NCBI GenBank assembly: GCA_002269645.1 | Contig: NIVC01000027.1 | Span: 744,001-808,000, forward strand | Reading direction: 5' to 3' | Source: Macrostomum lignano | Taxonomy: Eukaryota | DNA: 64,000 nt | In this document: piece by piece, positions 16,400 through 29,345 of the stretch | Layout of the letters: every line of letters starts with the position of its first letter | Numbering within the stretch: position 1 is the stretch's first letter | Position numbers and translations under genes: made by a program | The notes under the pieces: model-generated | The model's database searches: none | The model's input: the letters and a program-made list of their open reading frames with translations, nothing else | Told to the model about the DNA's origin: nothing

Positions 16400-16640
16400 C
16401 TCTCTCTACCCTGCTCTCTCCACTCTACCCTCTTGACTCTACTCTCTCCACTCTACTCTCTCGACTCTACTCTCTCGAGTCTACTCTCTCCACTCTACTC
16501 TCTCCACTCTGCTCTCTCCACTCTACTCTCTCCACTCTGCTCTCTCCACTCTACTCTCCACTCTACTCTCCACTCTACTCTCTCCATTCTACTCTCCACT
16601 CAACTCTTTTCACTCTACTCTCTCCCCTCTACTCTTTCAG
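16400..16640. repeat. CTACTCTCTCCA-type array
   Basis: Direct reading. Confidence 0.8.
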
Positions 16641-17489
16641 CTCTCCACTTTTCCCACTACTCCCTCACTCTAGTATCTTTTCTCTCCAGTCTTCTCTCCA
16701 CTATCTTTTATCAGGAATGTCATTTTTTTCAATTTCTCCACAGCCACTTCGGCTTTTAAACAAAATAGTTGATACAGTGTTTCACCGGCGCAGATTGTCT
16801 CAAATATAGGGAAACAAATGCGGTTGATACTACTTCACCCTGTCTTTGCATTGCGTTGGGCGGAGCACACGAATAGAGAGGAGGAGGTTGCTAGCGGCTT
16901 CTCTTCCCCTCTTCCCCTTTCTCCCTTTCCTGCCCAAGCAGGACTTCAACTCTCTCCCCAACCCCTCCTCACATCGCGGGCCCCTGTCTGTCGCCGCCGC
17001 CGCCTCCTCATGCCGCCGGCCGGCCGCCTTTCAACCAATCTGGTTGTTCTGGTTTCTCTCTCCGTGCCGCCGCCGCCTCCGCCGCCGAATTGTGTGTCTC
17101 TCGGTCCTGTGTGCGCGCGGCCGCCCCTCTGTCCCTCCTCCTCTGCCGCCTCCTCTCCCCCTCCCCTCTCTCTGCTCCTGTCAATCTCAAAAAGCGGAGC
17201 GGCGGCCTCCCCACCCCGAAAGCTCGCCAGAACGAATCAATAATAAGAATCGGCGGTACAAGTATAGTTTGCGATATTTTCTCTCTCAAAAAATCAGCTA
17301 AGTTTTATAAGAGATTCGAAAACAAAAATACTGTCTTTTTGTTTAAGAAGAAAGGCCAAAACAGTAGCTCGATTCATCTTGTTAATTGTTTCATCTTGGT
17401 TAAAGGTAGGTAATGTGACACTACCACTACTGTTAGTTTTCTGTGTGTTAACTGCATTTTTGTGTCTAAGATTCGTTCAGAGGGAGATT

Positions 17490-18235
17490 CTTGTCTGTAG
17501 TTTGGGATTTCAGTGAGTGAGAGAGGGGCGATTCTTCAGGGGCGATTTTTGTCTGTAGCTTGGGATTTCAGTGAGTGAGAGAGGGGCAATTCTTCATGGG
17601 CGATTTTTTTCTGTAGCTTGGGATTTCAGTGAGTGAGGGGCGATTCTTCAGGAGCGATTTTCGTCTGTAGCTTGGGATTTCAGTGAGTGAGAGAGGGGCG
17701 ATTCTTCAGGGCGATTTTTGTCTGTAGCTTGGGATTTCAGTGAGTGAGAGAGGGGCGATTCTTCAGGGGCGATTTTTGTCTGTAGCTTGTGATTTCAGTG
17801 AGTGAGAGAGGGGCAATTCTTCATGGGCGATTTTTTTCTGTAGCTTGGGATTTCAGTGAGTGAGGGGCGATTCTTCAGGGGCGATTTTCGTCTGTAGCTT
17901 GGGATTTCAGTGAGTGAGAGAGGGGCGATTCTTCAGGGGCGATTTTTGTCTGTAGCTTGGGATTTCAGTGAGTGAGAGAGGGGCGATTCTTCAGGGGCGA
18001 TTTTTGTCTGTAGCTTGGGATTTCAGTGAGTGAGTGAGAGGCGATTCTTCTGGGGCGATTTTTGTCTTTAGCTTGGGATTTCAGTGAGTGAGTGAGGGGC
18101 GATTCTTCAGGGGCGATTTTTGTCTGTAGCTTGGGATTTCAGGGAGTGAGAGAGGGGCGATTCTTCAGGGGCGATTTTTTTCTGTAGCTTGGGATTTCAG
18201 TGAGTGAGAGAGGGGCGATTCTTCAGGGGCCAATT
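17490..18235. repeat. About 58-bp minisatellite
   Basis: Unit GTCTGTAGCTTGGGATTTCAGTGAGTGAGAGAGGGGCGATTCTTCAGGGGCGATTTTT. Confidence 0.92.
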
Positions 18236-19309
18236 TTGTCTTTTTGGGACTTCAGTTTTATGTAAAATTTGATTGCGAATTTAAGGCCGCTTCTAGACAT
18301 CTTTGTGCTTTGTATCTATTCCCGTAATAGTAAGCATAACTGATTGATGTATAATGAGGGTATTTCATTTACAGAATGGATTTTAGTAGAGTGGATGTGG
18401 CCCTTTATCTATAATCTATTGAAGCATCTCCCTGGTGCATTTAAGTCTATATATGGTAGGTTTATATATAGAGTTTCTTATTCGTATGTACCTGCAGGAT
18501 GTGCTTCAGTAGACACACTTTTGTAAAAGTTTGAAAAATATAACTGATGCATTGCTTGGGTCACTTGACAGCTTGTTGAAGTATTCTTTGTCAGAAACCC
18601 ATACGAAATCTTTGTCCTTTTCTAAACCTTATTATACTGTCGGTCTTTATCATGCCAGCATATTTGTCCTTGGTGACTTGGTCAGGGCAAGGAAATCTTC
18701 ACATGGCAGAAAAACCCTTACTATCTGCATAACCGATTTTAACTGTAGTGAAGAACTCAGATTTTTTTCTAGACCGTTAATCAGCGGCTTGTCTAATCAA
18801 TGAATCAGTGAAATTCCGTTCAAATATGGCCCTGGCCTTGAGACTTGGCCCCGCGCAACCGGCCCCTCTAGTCTTGGTTCGCATATGTATGGATATCAGA
18901 TGGAAACTTCACAGACTTGTCAACTTAGTGCGGGACGAGTGGGGATAGGAAGGGCAAGTTCTGGGAAATAAAATATCCTATAGGGAGGCATTGTTCAGGA
19001 CCAGGTGGTGTTGGAACTTCACCATTGGCGTCAGTTAGTCTATTTTTTCTGTTTTTTTTAATTCGAACTTCTTTCTGACCGACCGAGTCTGCTGAACTGG
19101 ATTCTGTGGGCAGACTTCGATGAAGATGAAGTGGCTGTTGTGGAGGCTTGTCAAGTGTTAGTTGGCGCCAGAAAAGTTGCTATTTAATTTGAGCAGCATT
19201 GCGTATTGATAGTATTTAGTACTAGGATGGGTCTATATAATTTCTTACCTGAGCACTGTGAATAAAGGAGAAAAAGGTGCTACTGCTCTGGGAAAGGTTG
19301 GCGCCACAA

Positions 19310-19900
19310 GTGTAACTAACATCATATGATTGGCGCTACAACAAAAAGAAATGGCGCCATATCAAAGAGAAATGGCGCCAAAAGTGTAACATCATATGAT
19401 AGGCGCTACAACAAAGAGAAATGGCGCCACAACAAAGAGGAATGGCGCCACAACAAAGAGAAATGGCGCCACAACAAAGACAAATGGCGCCACAACAAAG
19501 AGGAATGGCGCCCACAACAAAGAGAAATGGCGCCCACAACAAAGAGAAATGGTGCCACAACAAAGAGAAATGGCGCCACAACAAAGAAAAATGGCGCCCA
19601 CAACAAAGAGAAATGGCGCCCACAACAAAGAGAAATGGCCCCCACAACAAAGAGAAATGGCGCCCACAACAAAGAGAAATGTCGCCTACAACAAATAGAA
19701 ATGGCGCCCACAACAAAGAGAAATGGCGCCCACAACAAAAAAAAATGGCGCCACAACAAAGAGAAATGGCGCCCACAACAAAGAGGAATGGCGCCACAAC
19801 AAAGAGATATGGCGCCCACAACGAAGAGGAATGGCGCCACAACAAAAAGAAAAGGCGCCACAATTGTAACATCATATGATTGGCGCTACAACAAAGAGAA
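19310..19900. repeat. 21-22-bp minisatellite with GGCGCC and AACAAAG
   Basis: Unit AAATGGCGCC(C)ACAACAAAGAG. The bracketing motif TGTAAC...ATCATATGA recurs at both ends. Confidence 0.92.
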
Positions 19901-21064
19901 ATGGATGGCGCGACAATTTGCAAACATTACCAATAAATATTAGTCGCTATATGACATAGGCGAACACTGCTATTACAAGTTGTTTTGGGAATATTTTTCC
20001 AGTTAATTATTGATCAATTGATTATGATATGGGATAGAAAAATAGATGATAACTACTCGTAACAGTAACACCATCGGTAGTTGGCGATGGTGACTTATTT
20101 ACTAATACTCCTAGTATTAAGTAAGTGATCATATTAGTAGAGTTCCGCGCCTACTTAACTGGCCTTCAACAGTTCGCGGGCCCCCTGCCTGGCTGGCGCG
20201 TGATTTATGCTTCAGTTTGGTAGCTAAGCAATATATTAATATGGTTGTGCCTGAGCTGTCGGACTCTAGCAAAAAATGATATTATACGAGGGCGGAGCAC
20301 AAAGCTGAGGACAGGTCTTGAATCATTCTCTAAAAAAATGTGCTTGCTTCAAGGCTCAAGCGGCTCTGCTTTTGCTAGTACTTGGCGTTGGTCTTTTGTG
20401 AAGGAATGGAGGTTTTTTGTTCAGTTTCGCAGAGTGTGCAGGGAGCCTTGGCAGCGGTGGTAAAGTGGCTTCTTAATAATAATAATGCTTTCCTTTTTTG
20501 AAAAAGAAGAAATGGCAAGGAAGGGTATAAGGGCCAAGGAGGGGTGGACAGTGGAGGTGGGTCATAAGAGAAGGCGGTAGGTTGCAGCAGATCTCTTCTC
20601 TCTCTCTGCTATTGTGTGTAAGAAGACACCATGCCGGCACCCCGCACCGCACTGACGGTGGCAGTATCTGTATTCCATATATGCTGCCGCTTTATCTTTA
20701 AATAAGCGGGCCCGTTTAAGAGCCAACGCGTTGGAATAGGGCTTAGTTACAGAGTCTTGGCCCTGTCAATCAAGCTTAAATAGATATAATGGCTTTAGAG
20801 TCTCCCTGCCCACGCTTGTGTAGTGTGTTATTATTAAGTTTATATTTATTATGTTTTTTATTAGACAGCGCAGCCTTGTCTTTCTATATTATTAGCATTG
20901 TTGAAATATATTAACTAGTATTTAAGTCTGTTATTTCCTGTTGCACCTGTATTGCACTTTGTCTATCTCAACTATCCAACTGGTTAGCGCTGTTCCCATG
21001 GATTTTATGATGGGCTGAGGGAACAAAGCCGGGAATCCTATAGGAATTGGTGTAATTAGTACCG

Positions 21065-21420
21065 ATTTTAGGCGCCGCAGGCATTCATTTTGGCGTTACG
21101 GGCACTCATTTTGGCGCCACAGACAGGCACTCACTTTGGCGCCACCGACAAGCACTCATTTTGGCGCCACAGAAGGCACTAATTTTGGCGCCACAGACAG
21201 GCACTAATTTTGGCGCCATAAACAGGCACTCATTTTGGCGCCACAGACAGGCACTAATTTTGGCGCCACAGACAGGCACTAATTTTGGCGCCACAGACAG
21301 GCACTAATTTTGGCGCCATAAACAGGCACTCATTTTGGCGCCACAGACAGGCACTAATTTTGGCGCCACAGACAGGCACTAATTTTGGCGCCACAGACAG
21401 GCACTCATTTTGGCGCCGCC
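21065..21420. repeat. 25-bp minisatellite (GGCGCC core)
   Basis: Unit TTTTGGCGCCACAGACAGGCACTAA. Confidence 0.92.
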
Positions 21421-21921
21421 CTAAAGCAAGATTTTTAATTTCCAAGACGAGTCATAATGTGTGGGGACCAAGGGACAATAGGGGACATGTCCCCCCACAA
21501 TGGCGAGACCTCTGCAAGTGGTGACGCTTTTAAAAAACACCTGTGGCTTTGTTATTTATCGCCAGAAAGAATGAATCTCATTAGTAAAAACCTGCTGCTA
21601 AAAGATATTGACGCTTATAAAAATGGATTTAATCAGTCCTTGAGTACACATGCAATTCCTTGCTGCGCAGTTTGCAGCTGTTTGCATGGCAAAGCGCTTC
21701 TCTGTTTGGTTAAGGCTTCCCCTTCCCCTATTCCTCTCTGGGGATCTGTATCTCAGCACACACGGGCTTAGATTTGTATCAGAGAGGATGGCGATGCTCT
21801 CAACAGTGTTTGGTACAGAACTGATTTCTATTACATTATCCGCATTTCTTCTTTTTATCTATCTCTCTGCTTGGCCTATTTAAGCTCCGCTCTGGCTGTT
21901 CTGTCATCTTTGCGGGTGAGC

Positions 21922-21958
<37 letters not shown>

Positions 21959-22545
21959 CTCCTGCCTACCCTGTTCAAACTCTTGTTCCTGGAAATCTCT
22001 GCGAGTCTGTACAAATTCATCATCTTAATTCCTCATCCGCGTGGCCCGCCATATTTGAGAGGGTGGGGGGGTGAAACACTGCCAAGGCATTTTATCGAGT
22101 CTTATCATATATTGAAGCTGCCATTTCTCCCCTCCCCAGTTCGGTTGGGTAATGTCAAAATGCCATTCGCTGTCTTTATCTTTTGTATGCGCGAGTCTGC
22201 TTTCAAGTCTGATTTGAGATTCTTTTTTCTTGAGTTCTCTTACACAGTTTCTGTCTGTCTCTCTCTCTGCAAAATTTCACTGTTCTTGTAACTGTTTTAG
22301 TTGCGCTCTCTTTGTGTCTGTATGGTATATAAATAGCCGGTTAGTTGAGAGATGAAGAATGCAAGTTAATAGAGAGAGAGGCAAGGTTCTGACAAGCTAT
22401 ACACAGATCAGGTAGACTCTGATATAATAGGCAAAGTGAGGCAACTATCCTGATTCAATAACTATTGGCCAATTTCAGGCGCTAGCCCGCACCAGTTTGC
22501 TGGCAACGCGGGAGACTCAGCAGCAGCAGCAGCAGCAGCAGGAAG

Positions 22546-24088
22546 ATGGCAACAGCGGCCCAAGCTCTGGTTGAGGCTGCTAAAAGCGGCAGCGCCAGTG
22601 GGGGCGGCGCTTCAGCTTCGGCATCTTCAGCGGCGACCACTGCAAGCGGCTCAACAGCTGCTGCACCGGCGGCGTCCTCAGCTCGCCAGATGCTGCTGTG
22701 TCGGGCGGCGGCGGCGGCTGCGGTGGCGGCTGCGGCTCAGCAGCAGCAGCAGCAGCATCAGCATTTGTTGAAACGCGAGCCGCCCGGTGTGAGCTCAGCA
22801 GACGAGGTGCTCCTGTCCCACCGGTTCTGCGACGATTCTGTGGATCAGGACGAGCTGGAGGAAGAGGAAGACGAGGAGGCGGCGCGGCGACGCAAGCCGC
22901 TCCCGGCGGTGTCCGCGTCGACAAGGAAAGCCGCTCCGCTGGCCGCCGTCTGCAGCATCCAGGGAAAGCCGGCTTCGTCATCATCCGCGGCAGGGGCGGT
23001 TCGCAGCAGCAGCAGCAACAGCAGCAGCAATAACAACAACAACAACAATGACGATCTGGCAGCCTCAGACGAGGTGAAGAACTACAACAACGAAGACGAC
23101 GAAGAGATCGATGTTGGCGGCGTCGGCTGCAGCGGAGACTCGTCTGGAGGCGGCGCCGATCCGGCCGAGAATCTGAAGCAGGACAAAACCGACCTGGTCG
23201 AGGAGGGCGAGAAAGCCGCTCTGTGGCGGCCGTATGAGACCACTGCGGTGGCCGCCGCGGCTCCGGTGCAGCCTCAGCTGCCGCATCATCAGCTGCCGCA
23301 TTCCATCGGGCACCTGCCGCCTCCGCCGCTGCACCGGCCGTTTGGCAGCAGCGCCGGAAGCTCCGCCTCCCAGCAGCAGCATCGGATCGACATGGCCGCA
23401 GCTGCCGCCGCCGCTGCCGCTTTTATGCCGCCGCCGACGCCGTATCATCCTCACGTGCACCAGCAGCAGCACCAGCAGCCTCATCACTCCCTGTTCACCG
23501 GCTCCCCGTCGCCGCAGCCTCCACTCGGCTATCCGAGCCATCACAGCATGCCGCAGCTGCACCAGTTCTTCAACCAGTACGCCGCTCTGGCCTCCTTCAT
23601 GCATCATCCGGCTGCCCCTCAGCGGCCCTCTCCCTTCCCTGCGCCTCATCACCAGCATCAGCAGCAGCAGCAGCAGCATTATCACAAGCAGCACCTGCAC
23701 AGGTCGCCTCCGCCTCCGGTGTCGCCACTGAGCTGCGCGACTGCTGCATCGTCGACTTCTTCGTCGAGTGCCGCCGCGGTTGTCCCGCCGACAATTAGTC
23801 GGGTGTCCGGCAGCGGGACCAGTTCTCAGCATCGAATCCAGCATCATCAGCAATCATTGAGTAAAGCCGCATTACGTCAGCAGCTTCATCGTCACCCGTC
23901 TCAGTCTCAGTCCCAGTCGCAGCAGCAGCAGCCGCAGTCGCAGGCGCTGTTTCCCAGCCATCCCATGCTTCCTTCGGTGCCTTCAGCGGCTGCGGCGGCG
24001 GCTGCGGCAGCTGCGGCGGCAGCAGCGGCGGCTTCGGGCATGCGACTGTTCGACAACCTGCAGCCGCACGCGTCCCCCTCGAGTTCCG
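22546..24088 (+). CDS. TCF: TCF/LEF (pangolin-like) transcription factor, coding exon 1
   Basis: ATG at 22546 with an in-frame TAG upstream at 22483. Encodes DDLAASDEVKNY...ENLKQDKTDLVEEGE (23050-23211), which resembles the TCF beta-catenin-binding motif. Ends at donor G|GTAAGT (24089), phase 1, matching the acceptor at 35835. Confidence 0.85.
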
Positions 24089-24219
24089 GTAAGTTGTCTG
24101 AGTTCATTTTTAGATTTTGTAGAAGTGTGTCCATTGCGTCACTTATTGGGTCAGCCTTTAAGGCAGTCGTGGGCTCCCTTTGCTATCGGTTTTGGCAAGT
24201 AATGCCAAAATGATTATAT

Positions 24220-24980
24220 GGCGCTAAAGAGAATGTTGTGCACAAGAAATGGCGCCAAAGGGAATATCGGGCGCTAGAAATGGCGCCAAAAGAAATATAG
24301 GGTGCTAGAAATGGCGTAAAAGAAAATATGGAGCGCTAGAAATGGCGCCAAAGAAGACATATGGCGCTAGAAATGGCGCCAAAGGAAATATCGAGCATTA
24401 GATATGGCGCCAAGGGAAATATCGGGTGCTAGGAATGGCGCCAAAGGAACTATCGAGTGGCGCCAAAAGAAATATAGAGTTCTAGAAATGGCGCCATGAG
24501 GAATCATGGCGCTAGAAATGGCGCCAAGGTAAATATCTGGCGCTAGAAATGGCGCCAAAAGAAATATAGGGTTCTAGAAATGGCGCCATGGGGAATCATG
24601 GCGCTAGAAATGGCGCTAAGGTAAATATCGGGCGCTAGAAATGGCGCCAAAGGAAATATAAGGCGTTAGAAATGGCGCCAAAGGAAATATAGGGCGCTAG
24701 AAATGGCGCCAAAAGAAATATAGGGTTCTAGAAATGGCGTCATGGGGAATCATGGCGCTAGAAATGGCGCCAAGGTAAATATCGGGCGCTAGAAATGGCG
24801 CCAAAGGAAATATCAGGCACTAGAAATGGCGCCAAAGGAAATATAGGGTTCTAGAAATGGCGTCATGGGGAATCATGGCGCTAGAAATGGCGCCAAGGTA
24901 AATATCGGGCGCTAGAAATGGCGCCAAAGGAAATATCAGGCGCTAGAAATGGCGCCAAAGGAAATATAAGGCGCCAGAGT
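24220..24980. repeat. About 31-bp minisatellite (GGCGCC core), TCF intron
   Basis: Unit GCTAGAAATGGCGCCAAAGGAAATATCGGGC, degenerate. Confidence 0.9.
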
Positions 24981-25494
24981 TTGAAGGAGACGCAATTTCT
25001 ATTCACTTTGACTGTGTCCTTTGAGCTCCGTTCCATATTAACTGAACTCAAGGTTTAGCTATAGTCTCTACTTACTCATTGGTCGAGTCTCAATTCACTC
25101 GGAAAGGGGTATCGGGTTGCATGCTTGCATAGCCAGCAAACAACTGCAGCAGCGGCGGCGACAGGCATCGGGGATCAACATCTCTATAGATCCCCGCCTC
25201 GTCTGAGACCCATCGCCGCGCTTTTATCAGCTATCAGAGGGGTGGAGGGGTCATGCTGGAGTGGTCTGGCGGGGAACCGAGAGTGTGCTCAGATTTCATG
25301 GCCTTTATCTGCTAGACTATAGCCGCTAGTCTCTCTAATCTGTGTGTCTTGACCAGTCTGTGAATTGAATCCTTTTTCGAATGCGTTCCCTTTGATTGAT
25401 GCTGATATATTGTATAGAGTAGATCAATATCTGCTGTTGTATTGATAGAAAGAAATGTTTATCGATTTTAAGTTCCCATTTTATTGCAACGTTT

Positions 25495-26075
25495 CCAATG
25501 TTCCGCAGTTTAGATTCCTCAGAGATACCAAAGGCTCCGCAGTTTAGATTCCTCAGAGATACCAAAGGTTCCGCAGTTTAGATTCCTCAGAGATACCAAA
25601 GGTTCCGCAGTTTAGATTCCTCAGAGATACCAAAGGCTCCGCAGTTTAGATTCCTCAGAGATACCAAAGGTTCCGCAGTTTAGATTCCTCGGAGACTCCA
25701 AAGGTTCCGCAGTTTAGATTCCTCAGAGACTCCAAAGGTTCCGCAGTTTAGATTCCTCAGAGACTAAAGGTTCCGCAGTTTAGATTCCTCAGAGATACCA
25801 AAGGCTCCGCAGTTTAGATTCCTCAGAGATACCAAAGGCTCCGCAGTTTAGATTCCTCAGAGATACCAAAGGCTCCGCAGTTTAGATTCCTCAGAGATGC
25901 CAAAGGTTCCGCAGTTTAGATTCCTCAGAGATACCAAAGGCTCCGCAGTTTAGATTCCTCAGAGACTCCAAAGGTTCCGCAGTTTAGATTCCTCAGAGAT
26001 ACCAAAGGTTCCGCAGTTTAGATTCCTCAGAGATACCAAAGGTTCCGCAGTTTAGATTCCTCAGAGATTCCAAAG
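25495..26075. repeat. 34-bp minisatellite, TCF intron
   Basis: Unit CCGCAGTTTAGATTCCTCAGAGATACCAAAGGTT. Confidence 0.93.
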
Positions 26076-28734
26076 CTCAGTGTAAAGCCAATACGTGCCA
26101 AAGCAGCGGTTCACTAAAAATGAAACATTCCACAACAAAGGCGTAGAAAAACTGGGGTGCAAATCCATTTTTTCTCACGTTGTGAAATCGCCACAGGGTA
26201 GCGAAATAAATATAAAAAACTGAGTAGTGTTCTCAGCTCATTCATATTTGTGGCGCCATCAAGTTTGCGAGAGTCTGTGCACGGTGAGAAGAAGCTCAGC
26301 ACACCTGCCATGGGAAAAAGTCACTCCCTCGGGTTATTGTTAGCGTTGCTATTAGACTTATTTATTCTCTGACATTCGTCCGACTGTGCTGTATTGGGGG
26401 GGGGGGTTTCTACTTTCTCACCTGAATCCTTTGCCCATAAAAGAATTTTTCCCTGAACAAAAGTTTTTTTACTTTCGTGTGTCACACTGGCGTCTTTGCA
26501 TAATACGGTTTTAGTTTTCTTTTTTCTTGTGTAGGAATGCGAATCTATCCATTGTCTGTCAGAATCTTGCTATCCCAATCCTTTGTCCGCAGAGGTAAAA
26601 AAGTGGTTATTCGTTATGTTTGCTCATCCTTAATTTATATGTGCCCAGAGAAGCTGAACTGACTCCCGGCACCTCGCAGGCTCCTCCTCCTCCTAGACTC
26701 AACCTTTGTTCATGGCTCTGAGAATTATTAAATTAGCCTTATATAGCTATCCAGCGGCTATGAAGCATCTCAATAAATTGAAATGAAATCGCCAACAACT
26801 TCAGGTCTGGAAATACGGGCTTGAAACTTGAACTCAACTTGAAAAGTGAAGTGAGAGCGAGAAATCACGGTTAAAGGAGTGTTTTGAGAGTCTTTAAACT
26901 AATTGTGGCATCTTAATTCTACTTTCTATTTCACTCTATATAGAAAATTAGCTAGAGTATATATAGTGTCAGTTTAGAGCACGTGAGATGACTTGGAGCA
27001 GTTGTGTGAGCACAGTGAGCGTGTGTGTGTGCCATGCCGTTTCATTTCAAGAAGCGAGACCGAGAGAGACGGTGGGCGGAGCAGTCAAGTGCCTGGCCTC
27101 TGTGTGGTGTGTGTGCTGTGTGTGTGACTTCAATTTCAAACGGAATTTAATTAACTGCATAACGCTGCTGCCCCGCCCCCCTCTGTGTGTGCTGTCTTGC
27201 GTCAAGTCAACTCAAATATTCACAAAGTGATCCGTGTGTCCGTGTGTGTGTGTCAGTTTCGCATAGGTTATCTTCATCAGTAAGAGAAGTTTCATTTTTT
27301 TCATTTTGGGTGTTTGTTCTGTCTGTGTGCCCGCAAGACTGACTCTTTAAGCTAGATGAAGACAGTGTCATGATACAACGAGTGTGCATAGTTCTCCAAA
27401 TTTTTCCCTAATAAACTATGTGTATAATGATAGCATTGAAGTCACATGCAGAGAGAGAGAAAGTGTGCTAGGGAGTCAGAGTGTCGATGATGCAGCATCC
27501 ATACTGCTGTAGATCTGAGCGCATAGAGAGACCGACCCCGTGTTCCGCATTAAACTGACTGCACTAAGGCTGCAATGCTCTCTCCTCACCCTCTCTCTCT
27601 GCTCGCTCTCGCACATTTGCAGAGGTTTTTTGACGGACGTAGCTTCTAAAGGGCCTTGAGCCTGTCAATCAAATGTGAAGAGACCACTTCAGTCTGTCTT
27701 TTCACTCCTTCCTCTGCCCCTCCCCTCAGCCCCCCCCCAGCCCCGCGGCCTTTCTCCTCCACTGGGGTAGCTCTTCCCCATGGCTACCCCACCTCCCCGC
27801 CCCTGGCAGTGCTACTGCGCCGCAACCCTGTAGCCTATTTTTGGTATTATAATACGCGCGGGAAGCCTTCACTCCTAACTGTATTCTTTTGGTTGCGGGG
27901 TTGCTGGTGTTAAAAGAAGTTATAAAGAGAAGAGAAGGCGGAGGGAGGATGTGACGGCTGCGGCGGCGGCGTCAGTGGCGGCTGTTTCAGTAAAGATTTT
28001 CCTTTAGATTTATTATTAATAATTTAGTGAAAAATGTGACGAGAAATTAGTAATCATCAAATTCTAATGACTAGTAAATCGCGCCCGGCTCTGCAACCCC
28101 TTCATTTTTTAAGCTGAACAATTACTTATTATTTATTAAAAATTCAAAACCCATGCTGATTCAGAAGCGGATCAAGATTCTTAGCACACTGAAGTCAAAC
28201 AGTTCGATTCTGTTGATTTATTTATTGACACGAAGGAGGAACTGATACATGCAGTCAGTGATGGATTTATGAGCTGAGCTGCCGTTTTGGCCTGACAGCT
28301 TTTAGGCACGGGTTTTTGGGGGAAGATTTGTTAGAGCGAGTATCTGGTTACAGTCTTAATCCCCCCCCCTGCTTTCCGCTTGTCAGGCTCAGGGGAAAGA
28401 AGTGACGATTTTGCGGATCTGTTTTTTTTGGCAACTCACTTTGCTACAGGATATTTAAGCAGTGATTTACTGGCATTTAGAGCGTGTCATCATCACCAGC
28501 TCTAGAGTTTTTCTTCTTCTGGAGCTTTTTGCTTCTCAATTTTCTGCGAAAAAAACTATTTCATTCCGTTAATCCTTTAATATCTTGTGCGTGCCGGGTG
28601 CTGTCACTCTATTATTGATAATCTGCAGCCTAGGGATGGGGTCAAATTTAATGGGGTGTGAGAAAGACACTTCTGAGCACTGAACTCCTCAACTCTTTTT
28701 GGCTCCTATTTTTGATGTCTCAAGATGGAGTTTT

Positions 28735-29345
28735 ACTTGATTTGGCGCTCCTTCACAATACCCGATTCAGGCGCCCCTTCACAATACCTAATTTGGGCGC
28801 CCCTTCACGATACCCGATTTGGCGCCCCTTCACAATACCCGATTCAGGCGCTCCTTTACAATCCCCAATTTTGGGCGCCCCTTCACGATACCCGATTTGG
28901 TGCCCCTTTACAATCCCCAATTTGGGCGCCCCTTCACGATACCCGATTTGGCGCCCCTTTACAATCCCCAATTTTGGGCGCCCCTTCACGATACCCGATT
29001 TGGCGCCCCTTTACAATCCCCAATTTGGGCGCCCCTTCACGATACCCGATTTGGCGCCCCTTTACAATCCCCAATTTGGGCGCCCCTTCACAATCCCCAA
29101 TTTAGGCGCCCCTTCACGATACCCGATTTGGGCGCCCATTTACAATACCCAATTTGGGCGCCCTTTTACAATACCCGATTTGGGCGCCCCTTTACAATCT
29201 CCAATTTGAGTGCCCCTTCACAATCCCCAATTTGGGCGCCCCTTCACAATCCCCAATTTGGGCGCCAATTCACAATCCCCAATTTGGGCGCCCCTTCACA
29301 ATCCCCAATTTGGGCGCCCCTTCACAATCCCCAATTTGGGCGCCC
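28735..29345. repeat. About 26-bp minisatellite (GGCGCC core) with two alternating variants, TCF intron
   Basis: TTTGGGCGCCCCTTCACGATACCCGA alternates with TTTGGCGCCCCTTTACAATCCCCAA. Confidence 0.9.

Noticed and set aside
16818-17413. Overlapping GC-rich ORFs
   Set aside because: No recognisable domain or consistent splice structure; more likely a promoter or UTR-like GC-rich patch.
18350-18800. Possible Penelope-like reverse transcriptase remnant on the minus strand (VSDKEYFNKLSSDP...KIH)
   Set aside because: Only two weak motif echoes amid many stops; this needs a tBLASTn/HMM search before any claim.
22571-24134. Alternative-frame and antisense ORFs over TCF exon 1 (likewise 36090-36920 over exon 2)
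   Set aside because: They are by-products of GC-rich trinucleotide-repeat coding sequence.
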